Shown piece by piece: positions 18,374-28,190 of a stretch of 64,000 nt of DNA. The notes under the pieces were generated by a model. It had not been told where the DNA came from. It ran no database searches and saw only the letters and a program-made list of their open reading frames with translations. The number at the start of each line of letters is the position of its first letter. The stretch's first letter is position 1. The stretch lies in the IMG/VR virus record IMGVR_UViG_3300028260_000001, positions 120,333-184,332 of that record. One strand, written 5' to 3'. The stretch comes from a virus (taxonomy: Duplodnaviria; Heunggongvirae; Uroviricota; Caudoviricetes). A program made the translations under genes and the position numbers.

Positions 18374-18573
18374 CAGTACTTGATCCCTAGATTATCAAAA
18401 GCAACAATCAAAAGAACGATCACCACGACGATGTAGTTACACGTCACGAGAGTTTTCTTTAAGTAGGTCATGGCATCGCTGGTAGGATCTATACCGGAGA
18501 TGAATCCACATCCCCACATGACCCAACCCGCACCCACCAGAATAAAGAATGCACTTACTACTGTGATGAACAT
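18373..18573 (-). CDS. hypothetical small membrane protein
   Basis: Start at MFITVV with GGAG RBS; two TM segments. Confidence 0.4.
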   Translation of the reverse strand: MFITVVSAFFILVGAGWVMWGCGFISGIDPTSDAMTYLKKTLVTCNYIVVVIVLLIVAFDNLGIKY

Positions 18574-18596
18574 GCTACTACTCCTAACGTCATAAG

Positions 18597-18623
18597 CGAG
18601 CCCGAAGGCTCGCCGTTTATGCA
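18597..18623 (-). repeat. hairpin cassette (GCGAGCC-CGAA-GGCTCGC)
   Basis: Sense strand: hairpin + CTTATGACGTTAGGAG...ATG. Confidence 0.5.
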
Positions 18624-19015
18624 GCTTGGGTATCCAGCAGATATTGGTCGCGAACAGTGCGCCATTGATCTGCAAGATTAACTCGGTTGTAATTCGACTT
18701 CAGGTGGTTCAGGAAGTCCTTAGCTGGACGACGCTCCAGGTACTCGAGATCGTTTGGATCCCATGGACTTCCGGTAACCGATACTTGTGCGGCTTTACCC
18801 AGTTCCAGCATCTCCAACGCTTTCTGTTGGAATGGACCTTCCCCAGCATAGCCAGCCATGCCAGGGAATTTATCCAGGAACTTAGGCCAATGCTCCAGAA
18901 TGTACTCACGACGCAGACGTGCCAGCTTTGCGTCTTTGGTTTCTACTACTACGGATTGGACTGTTTGATTACTCACTGTGATATCCTTGTTTGATTGCAC
19001 CAACAAATGGTTCAC
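18617..19015 (-). CDS. hypothetical protein
   Basis: 132 aa. Confidence 0.5.
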   Translation of the reverse strand: MNHLLVQSNKDITVSNQTVQSVVVETKDAKLARLRREYILEHWPKFLDKFPGMAGYAGEGPFQQKALEMLELGKAAQVSVTGSPWDPNDLEYLERRPAKDFLNHLKSNYNRVNLADQWRTVRDQYLLDTQAA

Positions 19016-19385
19016 CCACCAAATGGAAGGTCTGACACACCATTGGTTTGAAACGTAAATTTAAACTGGCACGCATGTCGACTTTGTACATCGTCATGAC
19101 GTGTGGTTCACCTTTAAGTTTCCGATGGTTGCCATCAACAGGATATACTTCATTCAGCTTAGTGAGTTGCGGTACAACGAAATCCACAATCCACTTGTTG
19201 TGATCGATGTGGCTACCGATCTGAGTTGTGGTAGGCAAACGAGACCACTCGGTCAAACCACCGGCACCACGAATATCGAAGTACCAGGAGTCTTGAGGAT
19301 CTTCCGAGTAGAACCCTTGCAGCATGAAAGCTACACCGTCGGCCTTACGAACGACTTCAATGACGTAGAACGATTCATTTACCAT
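18969..19385 (-). CDS. hypothetical protein
   Basis: 138 aa. Confidence 0.45.
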   Translation of the reverse strand: MVNESFYVIEVVRKADGVAFMLQGFYSEDPQDSWYFDIRGAGGLTEWSRLPTTTQIGSHIDHNKWIVDFVVPQLTKLNEVYPVDGNHRKLKGEPHVMTMYKVDMRASLNLRFKPMVCQTFHLVGEPFVGAIKQGYHSE

Positions 19386-19938
19386 CTTCGAGTACCTTTG
19401 ATAGTTCCCAACTGATGTCAGGGATTACATAGGAAGGACCGACGTAACGGACATGTGCTTCACCGTTAGCATCGATATGTACGCGGACCATATCCGATTC
19501 ATCGAACTGTTCCAGGTTATCTAGCGAACGATGCATCACAGGGCGACACACTTGAGAATAACCGTATTTCTCGTTTTCAGTCTGATCCGTGTCTTCCAGA
19601 TCAATCCAGAACGTGGTGTTGCGTGCAGGTACTCGCCACTCAATGTCATCGAAGATAAAGTCTTCACGATAACTATCGACTGGGAAGTGTTGGCGATGAG
19701 TCAGACGAACTGAGCGGAGTTTAAACATCCGCCAGCTTGGTACTACACGCCAACTCCATAGCGCTACGGCAACCCACGCACACAGCAGCATCAGCGCTAA
19801 ACCAATCAAAACAACAGTGTGCCAATTACTACTGGTGTCAGGAACGATCCAGCGAGCGACGTCACCCATGTAGTAAAGACCAGGGAAGTAAAGTGCGTAA
19901 GCGATCCATTGACCATACTTCTTAAGAAACTTGTACAT
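19375..19938 (-). CDS. hypothetical membrane protein
   Basis: Start MYKF (AGGAATCAAAATG); the ORF also opens in frame at the cassette ATG (MPTLGIK). Confidence 0.5.
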   Translation of the reverse strand: MYKFLKKYGQWIAYALYFPGLYYMGDVARWIVPDTSSNWHTVVLIGLALMLLCAWVAVALWSWRVVPSWRMFKLRSVRLTHRQHFPVDSYREDFIFDDIEWRVPARNTTFWIDLEDTDQTENEKYGYSQVCRPVMHRSLDNLEQFDESDMVRVHIDANGEAHVRYVGPSYVIPDISWELSKVLEDGK

Positions 19939-19950
19939 TTTGATTCCTAA

Positions 19951-19977
19951 TGTCGGCATAAAAGTGAGCCCGAAGGC
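19951..19977 (-). repeat. hairpin cassette (GGCATAAAA + GTGAGCC-CGAA-GGCTCAC)
   Basis: Sense: hairpin + TTTTATGCCGACATTAGGA. Confidence 0.5.
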
Positions 19978-20274
19978 TCACCCTTTAAAGTCAAACTCAA
20001 ACACAGCGTCAGAGCTACGGCGTTGTACGTTCCACAGCAGCACGTAGTATTCACCTGCCGGTTGTTTCAGCTTGGCGAGGAACTTCGACAATGCTTCTGG
20101 TTCATTCACAAACCCAGAAGCGATCATCATACCTACGTGGTAGTCCGCTGTATCAGCAATGGTGTTGCTGGTGTTCTTAGGGCACCAGATCAACTTCTTG
20201 ACACGGGACGCTTCACACACTTGACCGATTGGATCTGCACCCAACCGATCACGAGCTACACGGATTACGTGCAT
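19978..20274 (-). CDS. hypothetical protein
   Basis: 98 aa. Confidence 0.45.
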   Translation of the reverse strand: MHVIRVARDRLGADPIGQVCEASRVKKLIWCPKNTSNTIADTADYHVGMMIASGFVNEPEALSKFLAKLKQPAGEYYVLLWNVQRRSSDAVFEFDFKG

Positions 20275-20675
20275 TAGGCTTTGCCTCGCAGCTGTCCCAG
20301 ACCTTCTTCCAGTTTGCGCTCTACCAGGTCACCGTTGACGGCGAAGTAGATGCCTTCACTGGTGGTAATCAACAGATCCCCGATAGTGAACATCGAGTAC
20401 TCTTTCAGGGTTTGCTTATCCCACTTGGCCACGCGCATCATATCGCGCACAACAGCTTGTGGGTGTTGGTTACCCAGGCAAGCGATACCAGTGATCGGGT
20501 TACCTTCCATGGTACGTACTTCTTCAGCACGGAAAGGCACGTAAGCGTTGAAGTCCTGGGACTCTTCGTTCGACGTGATGGTCACGTCATTACCCTGCAC
20601 TTTCAGGTGATAGTGGTGGGTCGAACCATTGAACAGTTTCACGTCCAGGGTTTTTGCTTCAGCAGCTTGGGTCAT
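20274..20675 (-). CDS. hypothetical protein
   Basis: Start placed at MTQAAEAK. Confidence 0.45.
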   Translation of the reverse strand: MTQAAEAKTLDVKLFNGSTHHYHLKVQGNDVTITSNEESQDFNAYVPFRAEEVRTMEGNPITGIACLGNQHPQAVVRDMMRVAKWDKQTLKEYSMFTIGDLLITTSEGIYFAVNGDLVERKLEEGLGQLRGKA

Positions 20676-21030
20676 GCTTGATTTCCTTTTTAACGTAATG
20701 CGGAAGAACAGCAACAGGTTCATCCGAATTGGTTTCACGAATTTGAATGTTGTAATGTCCAACAGGAACATTACTAACAGCAGTTGAACCGATCTCGATC
20801 ATAGCGTACCGTGCAGCTTGATACTGATCGAAATAGATTCGTTCATGCTCTACTTCCGTAGGCATAAATAAAGCCTTGCGAGTAGACTTAACACGCGAAT
20901 AGAACTTTCCCACCATACGAGAGTATTCGTAGGGAACTTCCATTTTGTCATTCACCAAGACGATGTAATACCGCCTTGGTGGAATAACACCGCGCCGTTG
21001 GTCGTTTCTATAGTCCCACGGGCTGGGCAT
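20659..21030 (-). CDS. hypothetical protein
   Basis: 123 aa. Confidence 0.45.
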   Translation of the reverse strand: MPSPWDYRNDQRRGVIPPRRYYIVLVNDKMEVPYEYSRMVGKFYSRVKSTRKALFMPTEVEHERIYFDQYQAARYAMIEIGSTAVSNVPVGHYNIQIRETNSDEPVAVLPHYVKKEIKHDPSC

Positions 21031-21265
21031 AGGTGGTAGCCTCTGACAGCTTAGCGATAACTTCTTCCTTTACCGGAGCATTCCGATAAGGCTCATCGCT
21101 TTTACGAACACCCCAGACTTCAGGAGCCTTGGATGGATCGTAAGACATGATCTGAACAATCGTACCCTTGCCAGCATACAGCACTTGACCAACACCAGGT
21201 TTGGTAATGAACACGTCTTCTTTCAAGACGACGAATTCACGGACCTCAAAGTTCTTTTGCGACAT
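21008..21265 (-). CDS. hypothetical protein
   Basis: 85 aa. Confidence 0.4.
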   Translation of the reverse strand: MSQKNFEVREFVVLKEDVFITKPGVGQVLYAGKGTIVQIMSYDPSKAPEVWGVRKSDEPYRNAPVKEEVIAKLSEATTYAQPVGL

Positions 21266-21272
21266 TGTTACC

Positions 21273-21893
21273 TCAGTTCAAATACTTAGCACGTGCAGTT
21301 TGCAACGGTGTGCGTTCAAACCCGATGTGAGCACCAAACGGTTCCTTATCCAGAACCAATTGATAGTCTTCATCGTAACCCTGTTCCCATGGTAGTCGAC
21401 CAGCAGCATCCGACACTACCAGTTGATACACCATAGCTTTCTTGCGCTCGTCTTCGTTGTAGAACACAGCGTGTTGCCAGCCGTATCCTGCAAACCAGCG
21501 ATCAACGTCAATCCGACGCAGGTGAAGACGATCTGTCGGCAGTGCCGTGATCCCTTCGTATCCCCGTTGCCTCATGAGGAACTCGAAGAAGTCTTCAGTA
21601 ACTAGATCCCCATCGATTGGTTCTTTCGCCCAGTCCAGATACGCCAGCATGTCACCGATGTGATTGCGCATTGCACCGAGTTCCATGTCCGTAAGACTGA
21701 AACCCAGTACCAGATCAGGACGCCCATAACGAGCGTTGCCAATAGTAGCAAGCACAGGTGGTGCGTCTGGATCAGGAGACGAACTGATGAACTCCCATTC
21801 AGAGTCACCCAGAGCTTCACGAATCATCTCTACCGTGGCCAGGCGTGCTTCTTGAATGCCTTCTTTCGTGTGATGCGATGGAAACGCCAGCAT
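21273..21893 (-). CDS. hypothetical protein
   Basis: 206 aa. Confidence 0.5.
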   Translation of the reverse strand: MLAFPSHHTKEGIQEARLATVEMIREALGDSEWEFISSSPDPDAPPVLATIGNARYGRPDLVLGFSLTDMELGAMRNHIGDMLAYLDWAKEPIDGDLVTEDFFEFLMRQRGYEGITALPTDRLHLRRIDVDRWFAGYGWQHAVFYNEDERKKAMVYQLVVSDAAGRLPWEQGYDEDYQLVLDKEPFGAHIGFERTPLQTARAKYLN

Positions 21894-21902
21894 TTCATTT
21901 CC

Positions 21903-22280
21903 TCAATTCAAGAGACAGTAGTCAGTTGTGTTAGATGCTCTAATCGTTGCTTCAACCCTTTTGCAGTCTTTTGCAGAATGAATCGGTATTTCGATAAACT
22001 TCAGATCCATGTTGGAGAAATGGCTAGGGCTCGAATACTGTGCTTGCAGTTTCCGATTAGGATGCCGTCCAGCCTGCAACAAGGCAAGTTGTTTATCTAC
22101 TTCAGCGCTCACCGTACGAGATTGTCCGATGATAAACCAACCACTAGACACATGATCGATTATGTAAACGCCTTGGGTCACCAACGTACTGCGTGCTCCG
22201 TTGTTCGGCACAATCGCACCAGACTTCAGTTCACGGTATGTCAATGACCAGGTATATGCTTTTTCTTCAACGGTGTACAT
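21903..22280 (-). CDS. small GIY-YIG family nuclease (homing-endonuclease/EndoII-like)
   Basis: GVYIIDHVSSGWFIIGQS matches GIY-(x9-11)-YIG, followed by a RHPNRK motif. Confidence 0.55.
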   Translation of the reverse strand: MYTVEEKAYTWSLTYRELKSGAIVPNNGARSTLVTQGVYIIDHVSSGWFIIGQSRTVSAEVDKQLALLQAGRHPNRKLQAQYSSPSHFSNMDLKFIEIPIHSAKDCKRVEATIRASNTTDYCLLN

Positions 22281-22320
22281 CGCGCACTCCTAAATTCACA
22301 TTAGATTTAGGAGACAAGTA

Positions 22321-22740
22321 CTATTTGCCAAACAGAGGAATCCGACCACCGCTACCAAACCATTCCAGGAAACGAGTCCACAGATTTTGCTGAGGGTATA
22401 CCTGGACATAGTCGAGGATACGATCTTCATCAGTTGCACGAACGTCGTTGTTTGGCGCACGCTCTGGTTGCTTCGGTTGAGAGTTCTTGAGTTGTTCACA
22501 GAACTCGTAACGCAACTCCAGATACTTCGAACGCTTGGCATCTGGTTTCTCCAGAGCCCACAGATACAAAGCAGCCAGGTTATCCCAGGTAGTACCCGAT
22601 TGGATATTGCTGGTGCGATGAGCTTCCAGTGCTGCGAGTTTGATCAAGCTCTTCTGATCAGCATTTGTGATGATCAGGTGGTGTGGGACCAAATTACGCT
22701 TGCAGAGTTCACGGAAACGTTCGTTCAATTCAGAGGCCAT
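22321..22740 (-). CDS. hypothetical protein
   Basis: 139 aa. Confidence 0.5.
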   Translation of the reverse strand: MASELNERFRELCKRNLVPHHLIITNADQKSLIKLAALEAHRTSNIQSGTTWDNLAALYLWALEKPDAKRSKYLELRYEFCEQLKNSQPKQPERAPNNDVRATDEDRILDYVQVYPQQNLWTRFLEWFGSGGRIPLFGK

Positions 22741-22906
22741 TTACTTTGTCCTTGCTGGTGTAGAAATAGGTGCCTTTGGAGTTCTTTACTTCGATGATAT
22801 CCCCACCAGCATCTATTACCAGTTCGAGGGTATCACCTTTGTGTGCCACGGTAATAGGTGTTTCATTTACCGAGAGCACGATGTCTTCCTTAGCTGTTAA
22901 TGTCAT
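22730..22906 (-). CDS. hypothetical small protein
   Basis: Start at MTLTAKED. Confidence 0.35.
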   Translation of the reverse strand: MTLTAKEDIVLSVNETPITVAHKGDTLELVIDAGGDIIEVKNSKGTYFYTSKDKVNGL

Positions 22907-23243
22907 TCGCCCACTCTTTGTTGTCAAAGCCTTTGGATGGTGCTTGTGCCTTACCCGCTTTGTGGATAAGCATTTCGATATCGGCATGGATATCAGCCAA
23001 TTGGAACATCAGTTGAATCCGCGCCAGCTTCGTGACTTCGTGATCATACGCACCACGCTCGACACGAGCTGCCTCAGCAAAGAGCGCTTCAGCAGTCATG
23101 CCGGTGGTTTCGATGCCCAGTTTGGAAAGCAGGCGTACCAGTTTCAGGTACATCAACGAGTGGACGTTGTCGTTGAGGAACGAAGTGCTCAGCTCAACGC
23201 CGTAGACTTGGTCGATGTATTCCTGGATGTTATCAAACTGCAT
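22890..23243 (-). CDS. hypothetical protein
   Basis: 117 aa. Confidence 0.45.
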   Translation of the reverse strand: MQFDNIQEYIDQVYGVELSTSFLNDNVHSLMYLKLVRLLSKLGIETTGMTAEALFAEAARVERGAYDHEVTKLARIQLMFQLADIHADIEMLIHKAGKAQAPSKGFDNKEWANDINS

Positions 23244-23527
23244 TAGGTGTATTCCTTCAGTACGTCTTCGAGATCATGGGGATTTACAGAACCAACTTCG
23301 CCGTAGTTATCGACGTTAGTGCACACAAACAGATCGCCATCGCGCACATCATCCGCGTGCTCGACTTTGAGTTGATCGCCCTCATTCGCATAAGGAATAT
23401 CATGTTGCTGGCCATTACGATCCAGGACCGTAATGAAGATATCACGCGCGGCGGTCAAGACCATTCCGGGTTCGACTTTCGACGCTGCGATTCCGCGGAC
23501 TGCCATGGTTAGGATACGTGCGAGCAT
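23243..23527 (-). CDS. hypothetical protein
   Basis: AAGGAG RBS. Confidence 0.45.
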   Translation of the reverse strand: MLARILTMAVRGIAASKVEPGMVLTAARDIFITVLDRNGQQHDIPYANEGDQLKVEHADDVRDGDLFVCTNVDNYGEVGSVNPHDLEDVLKEYT

Positions 23528-23617
23528 GAGTGGGCTCCTTAACTTTCACTCGCCAAGTTTGGTCGAGGATGGAATTAATACAAGGACGGTTCATTTATTT
23601 TGGCTCTCCTGTCACTA

Positions 23618-23634
23618 AGGAGTAATGTAGAGCT
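23618..23634 (-). promoter_or_regulatory. promoter-like motif (sense: GCTCTACATTACTCC)
   Basis: Variant member of the CTATATTACT family, about 90 nt upstream of the 23527 start. Confidence 0.3.
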
Positions 23635-23646
23635 GTAATTTTTTAC

Positions 23647-23672
23647 AACATAAAAGAGTCCCCGAAGGGACT
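23647..23672 (-). repeat. hairpin cassette (ACATAAAA + GAGTCCC-CGAA-GGGACTC)
   Basis: As family. Confidence 0.5.
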
Positions 23673-23676
23673 CCGT

Positions 23677-24138
23677 TTAGTTGAACTGCAGCTTCAAGCC
23701 AACGATCGGTGATTCCCGATCAACATGAATGGTGCAGTAACCAGTTGTTGGGTCCAGCGTAAGGATAAAGCCCCAACGCAGTCCGCACAGTTTGGTTACA
23801 TGACCGATTTCGATACGAGCCTTACCACGACTTACATAAGCTGGATCACCCAACTCAGTAGGCTTCATGCGGGAGATATCATGAACACACAGGTTATCCC
23901 CAGCATCGATATACGCGATCTGCTTAACCGCCAGCGTTACAGACTTGCCGTCGTTCTGACACAGTGCATACAGATCAATCGGATCTTTATCCGTGATCTT
24001 GACAAAACCGGTTTCAACAACTTCACCACTCGGCAGGATTACCCGCTGTGGCATGGATTGCGCGTGCTGTACAAACAGCTGCGCGTTGTTATTACGTTGC
24101 AATACTGGGAATTGCCCAGGATTCAATTTTTCAGACAT
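23677..24138 (-). CDS. hypothetical protein
   Basis: 153 aa. Confidence 0.5.
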   Translation of the reverse strand: MSEKLNPGQFPVLQRNNNAQLFVQHAQSMPQRVILPSGEVVETGFVKITDKDPIDLYALCQNDGKSVTLAVKQIAYIDAGDNLCVHDISRMKPTELGDPAYVSRGKARIEIGHVTKLCGLRWGFILTLDPTTGYCTIHVDRESPIVGLKLQFN

Positions 24139-24241
24139 GCGAGATTCCTTACGAACGTTGACGTCACTACGATACCCAGTGTCATTACAACACTTAGGAG
24201 GAACGTGATCTCGCTAATGGGCGGTTCACCAACTTTCCTCA

Positions 24242-24655
24242 CTAAGCTTTGCTCCAACGGAGCGTAGCCACAGGCTTGGACAAATTGGTTTGTTCGAATC
24301 GAGTGATCCGTTCACCTACCAATTTGATCTGTACCCGGAAGAACAAAACGTCTTCAGAGTTTCGTAGGATTGGGCTCAGCTTCGCCACTTCCTCAGACTT
24401 GTGGTAACGTACCTCAGTGCCTGTGATCGTGATATAGAAGTCATTCAGCCCAGCGTGTAGCTTCTTACTCCCATCAGGAGAAACAAGCTTAGAACGCTCT
24501 ACAACGCGCTGGTTACCGTACATCGTGGTAACGTCTACGCTGTCAAAGTTCATTTCCATTACTGGCTTTCGTGCCCAACTGAGCAACCACCAAACACCAG
24601 CCACCATGCCCAGAAAAATCAGGGCCAAATTTCCTGCACTTACATCTACTAACAT
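24242..24655 (-). CDS. hypothetical membrane protein
   Basis: N-terminal TM. Confidence 0.45.
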   Translation of the reverse strand: MLVDVSAGNLALIFLGMVAGVWWLLSWARKPVMEMNFDSVDVTTMYGNQRVVERSKLVSPDGSKKLHAGLNDFYITITGTEVRYHKSEEVAKLSPILRNSEDVLFFRVQIKLVGERITRFEQTNLSKPVATLRWSKA

Positions 24656-24924
24656 CTTGCCCCCACAAATGGCTTAGTTGCTTTTATCATGCCAGCCACG
24701 GAATGACGCTTAGGGATATCTAGTTCAGATATCTCTTCCCCCGTATAAATAGAACGCACACTGGTAAGGGAACCGTCAGGATCAACATTGAACTCGACGG
24801 CCCCGGAAGGATGAATACCCAATGAACGCCAAGAGACCAAATCGGTTTCAATAATGAAATGCCGCAACTTACCCAAAAACTCAGTAACCCACACATTGTC
24901 TTGTTTGATCAGCTTGACGTCCAT
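24649..24924 (-). CDS. hypothetical protein
   Basis: 91 aa. Confidence 0.4.
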   Translation of the reverse strand: MDVKLIKQDNVWVTEFLGKLRHFIIETDLVSWRSLGIHPSGAVEFNVDPDGSLTSVRSIYTGEEISELDIPKRHSVAGMIKATKPFVGARC

Positions 24925-24929
24925 TTTAG

Positions 24930-25352
24930 TTATCCTTGTTTAGCCATGGCTTCCCGCAAAAGATCACCCATGGTCGAGGTGGGTTTCTTTTTGATGCGTT
25001 CACCGAAACCGTGTTCTTTTGCTAATCGTTCGATCATATCGAGGTTTTCGATGATCTTATCGATCTGCAAACCAGCGCTCAATACTCGGGCCTGTGCATA
25101 CTGTCCAGCCTCGGCCTTGATCAGAATGTCATGAGCTTGCATGTACTCGGCGCGACGTTCTGCCAGTTGTTTGCTATCGAACCCAGCGTAAGGACGGAAG
25201 CGGATATGCATGAACCCGACTTCCATACCTGCGAAAGCTTCACTTACAGCGATTTGTTTTTCTTTCGGTACATGAAACCCGAAGGATTGGAACAACGCAA
25301 TCGGAGACCGAACTTCGGTCTTTGCTGGTGCAACGTAATTCGAGAGATCCAT
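24930..25352 (-). CDS. hypothetical protein
   Basis: 140 aa. Confidence 0.5.
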   Translation of the reverse strand: MDLSNYVAPAKTEVRSPIALFQSFGFHVPKEKQIAVSEAFAGMEVGFMHIRFRPYAGFDSKQLAERRAEYMQAHDILIKAEAGQYAQARVLSAGLQIDKIIENLDMIERLAKEHGFGERIKKKPTSTMGDLLREAMAKQG

Positions 25353-25786
25353 TATACTTCCTTAGGTACAAATGCTTCGTAGTGTTTCATGGCATAAAGC
25401 ATCGGAGTAACTTTACGCTTGGAATTATGATGCACGTATGGCTGGTTACGCAGATCACGGTTAATCCGAAACCATTCAATCGCTTGCTCTTGAATCTTTT
25501 GCACCGAGTCACCCAAGAACAACACATGGGCTGGCTCGTATTTGAAAGTCCCATCATGCCAACGACTAGCATGCACGCAAACCCGAACTTCAAAGATACC
25601 GAACCCAGCAAAACCATTATACTGACAATTCTGCCAGATCAGGTCTTCAGGCTTGACTACCAACAGATCACTGTGACAGTATTTAACCGAAAGGATGAGT
25701 TGCTCAATCGTGGTGTCTTTGGAGATGTCGTAGAATTTGTAGGACTGGTTTGTAGTACATTGCCGAATATCAGTACACTCAAGCAT
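25352..25786 (-). CDS. hypothetical protein
   Basis: Start at MLECTDIR. Confidence 0.45.
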   Translation of the reverse strand: MLECTDIRQCTTNQSYKFYDISKDTTIEQLILSVKYCHSDLLVVKPEDLIWQNCQYNGFAGFGIFEVRVCVHASRWHDGTFKYEPAHVLFLGDSVQKIQEQAIEWFRINRDLRNQPYVHHNSKRKVTPMLYAMKHYEAFVPKEV

Positions 25787-26513
25787 GTTCACACTCGAAC
25801 TGTTGACTGATAGAGGCACGCATTGCAGCGATGTCTTCAGCAGTGATGAGATTGAATGCCACCAGCTGCACAGAGTGATGGTAGGTTTTATCCCCATCAA
25901 TCAATGTGAAGTGAACAATTGCGCTACCTTCGTATTTGTCGATAGCTGTACAGCGCCAGTCGAAGTTAAGGAAAGAGAACAGCACGCGATGTGCGCGTTC
26001 CAGTTCTTCATCAACCATGTTTGCCAACAGATAGTCGATCTCACCAAGGACTTCATCACGGTCGAAATCACCATCACGTCCTACGGTCACATGCCCCACG
26101 TCAGCAGAGATTGGCATCCCCAGTTGGTCATAAGCTGCCATGGTGGCGCTCCAGGTTTGCAAGAAGGTACGTGCAGCATGCAGTTCCGATTTAGTGGGTT
26201 GTTTAGGACCCAGCTTACGGAATGGAGCACATGGATTACCAGCTTCGGTGATACCATGATAACCTATAACATCACGACCAGCAATCAAGGCGATACCAGC
26301 ATTACGTTGAACAAAATTCTGCACGAACGTTTCAGCTTCTTTTTGATTCTTGAAGATAGCGCAACGAGAGTCCAACGTGAACAAACGCTTGGAGTGTTCG
26401 TATTCATCCCAGAACGGCATATGCATGCCGAGCGAACCATGTTCGTTCAGATAGGTACGCTGTGAATGCTGACCACGAATTTGGGTTTCAATGTAAACTA
26501 CACATTTAGTCAT
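25779..26513 (-). CDS. hypothetical protein
   Basis: Start at MTKCVVYIE (ATGA overlap with the upstream stop). Confidence 0.5.
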   Translation of the reverse strand: MTKCVVYIETQIRGQHSQRTYLNEHGSLGMHMPFWDEYEHSKRLFTLDSRCAIFKNQKEAETFVQNFVQRNAGIALIAGRDVIGYHGITEAGNPCAPFRKLGPKQPTKSELHAARTFLQTWSATMAAYDQLGMPISADVGHVTVGRDGDFDRDEVLGEIDYLLANMVDEELERAHRVLFSFLNFDWRCTAIDKYEGSAIVHFTLIDGDKTYHHSVQLVAFNLITAEDIAAMRASISQQFECEHA

Positions 26514-26514
26514 C

Positions 26515-26745
26515 TTAAATGGACCTATTGTTTTCTTTGTCAAAGAGACGGTTAACAGCGAAGAAGAACTGTACGTTAAACCGATAAGGCCAACCAAACG
26601 GTTTAGGGTCTGGTGGATTAGCTTCATCATGGATTAAACGCACAGAGTTATTTACAACTTTGATGCGGCGGTCAGGCATGTAGACTTGTGGCCCATAAGT
26701 AGGACACGTATCATACTCGCCATCGGGTAATTCGGTTATAGGCAT
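26515..26745 (-). CDS. hypothetical small protein
   Basis: 76 aa. Confidence 0.4.
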   Translation of the reverse strand: MPITELPDGEYDTCPTYGPQVYMPDRRIKVVNNSVRLIHDEANPPDPKPFGWPYRFNVQFFFAVNRLFDKENNRSI

Positions 26746-26748
26746 ACG

Positions 26749-26970
26749 TCATTCTACCCCCGCTATTGTGTAAATGATAGGGGTGGACAGATACAGCAGA
26801 AACAACACGGCGACCGTACAAGTAAACCACTTGTAGAGCTGACGATCAATCTTTCCATTCCCTGCCAATAAAGCTACGGAACTGGAAAGCCATACCCACA
26901 AGACACCACCCATGAGAAAAGTAAGTGCCCACATCATGCCTTTGAACATGTTAGTACCCGAACTTCTCAT
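26749..26970 (-). CDS. hypothetical membrane protein
   Basis: Two TM segments. Confidence 0.4.
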   Translation of the reverse strand: MRSSGTNMFKGMMWALTFLMGGVLWVWLSSSVALLAGNGKIDRQLYKWFTCTVAVLFLLYLSTPIIYTIAGVE

Positions 26971-27649
26971 TTACGAATGGAACTTTGAACAACTGGAGCA
27001 GATCCATGACTTTGTACTTCTCTTCGTCATTGGTCGGCATGAAACGCAGCTCATCGCCCGGTAACCAGATGTAAGGAACCTGTGTTTCGTCTTCGATCAT
27101 TTCAACCAGATCGAGGATACCTTTCTCAGCCCACTCATAAGGATCGAGTTTGATGTCGGTACGACGCCACACCAACAAATCTTTGTGGTGTTCGATCATC
27201 TCGATCACGTACAGTGCATCAGCGCCATCTTTAGGAATATAGGTCATGAGACCTTCATCCCGACGATCTGGTTGGTACCAGCCTTCCATGAAGTTGTGGA
27301 TACCATCAGCAGCTTCCACAGCCTTAGTGCTCAATGGGTCAAACTTGACTGTGATCTCCAGTGGCTTACCGTCGTTATCCAACAAGTTAAGCCGACGCTT
27401 CAACAGGGTACGGAACTCAGTCCAATCAGAGCCCCAGAACTCGATGAACACCCATTCACCATCAGGTGCATCGAAACCACCCTGGAAGAAGGCATTGCAT
27501 TTCTGCCGTGCCTTGTAGTATTCGCAGGTGTAGTACTGGGAACGCATGAAGCGAGAAAAGATCTGGTGCACAGATTCGGTAACGTGCTTACCGTAAATGT
27601 TGATACCTGGACCTTTACCGGGTTGTGGCTTTACTGGAATCTTGATCAT
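26951..27649 (-). CDS. hypothetical protein
   Basis: 232 aa. Confidence 0.55.
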   Translation of the reverse strand: MIKIPVKPQPGKGPGINIYGKHVTESVHQIFSRFMRSQYYTCEYYKARQKCNAFFQGGFDAPDGEWVFIEFWGSDWTEFRTLLKRRLNLLDNDGKPLEITVKFDPLSTKAVEAADGIHNFMEGWYQPDRRDEGLMTYIPKDGADALYVIEMIEHHKDLLVWRRTDIKLDPYEWAEKGILDLVEMIEDETQVPYIWLPGDELRFMPTNDEEKYKVMDLLQLFKVPFVNEKFGY

Positions 27650-27650
27650 T

Positions 27651-27830
27651 ACGCAATCCTTACGTGTGGTTCGTTAGCCCGAGGTTTGTGATCTACACGA
27701 GCGATTTCTTTTACATCTTGCTCATGGAGATTAGTAGCCCGGTAGAACGAGTCGAGCGCTGCTTCCAGCGACATCGAATTCTTAGCGGTCCACTGAGTGC
27801 CATTGAAGGCAGTAACTTGCCAGATCATGC
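27651..27830 (-). CDS. hypothetical small protein (59 aa)
   Basis: Fills the gap; stop overlaps the downstream start (TAATG). Confidence 0.3.
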
Positions 27831-28190
27831 GGCTTCCTTAAAGAGGTAGGTGCGTTGAGAAGTTGCTGTTTGAATCAAACCGTTGTTGTCATCCTGTCGA
27901 CGGATGAATATTCGGACAGGCTGATCGAAATCTTTGTCTACCTTGAGTAGCTTTCGCATTGCAGCTGGCGATAGCTCCATCATGCTTGCCAGGAAACCAC
28001 GGGCTTCCTTGTACGTGTCAATAACCAACGCATTACGTTCCTGGGAACACAGCCCTGCTTTCACCACGGGTTTAAACAGCGTGCTCTCAGGTTGCTTTTC
28101 AGCGGTAATGAAAAGCTTGGAATCACCTTTGCGTACTTCAAAAATATACTTCGACATCATTTCATCTCCACGGAATGCAGTGTATACCAT
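27825..28190 (-). CDS. hypothetical protein
   Basis: 121 aa. Confidence 0.45.
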   Translation of the reverse strand: MVYTAFRGDEMMSKYIFEVRKGDSKLFITAEKQPESTLFKPVVKAGLCSQERNALVIDTYKEARGFLASMMELSPAAMRKLLKVDKDFDQPVRIFIRRQDDNNGLIQTATSQRTYLFKEAA

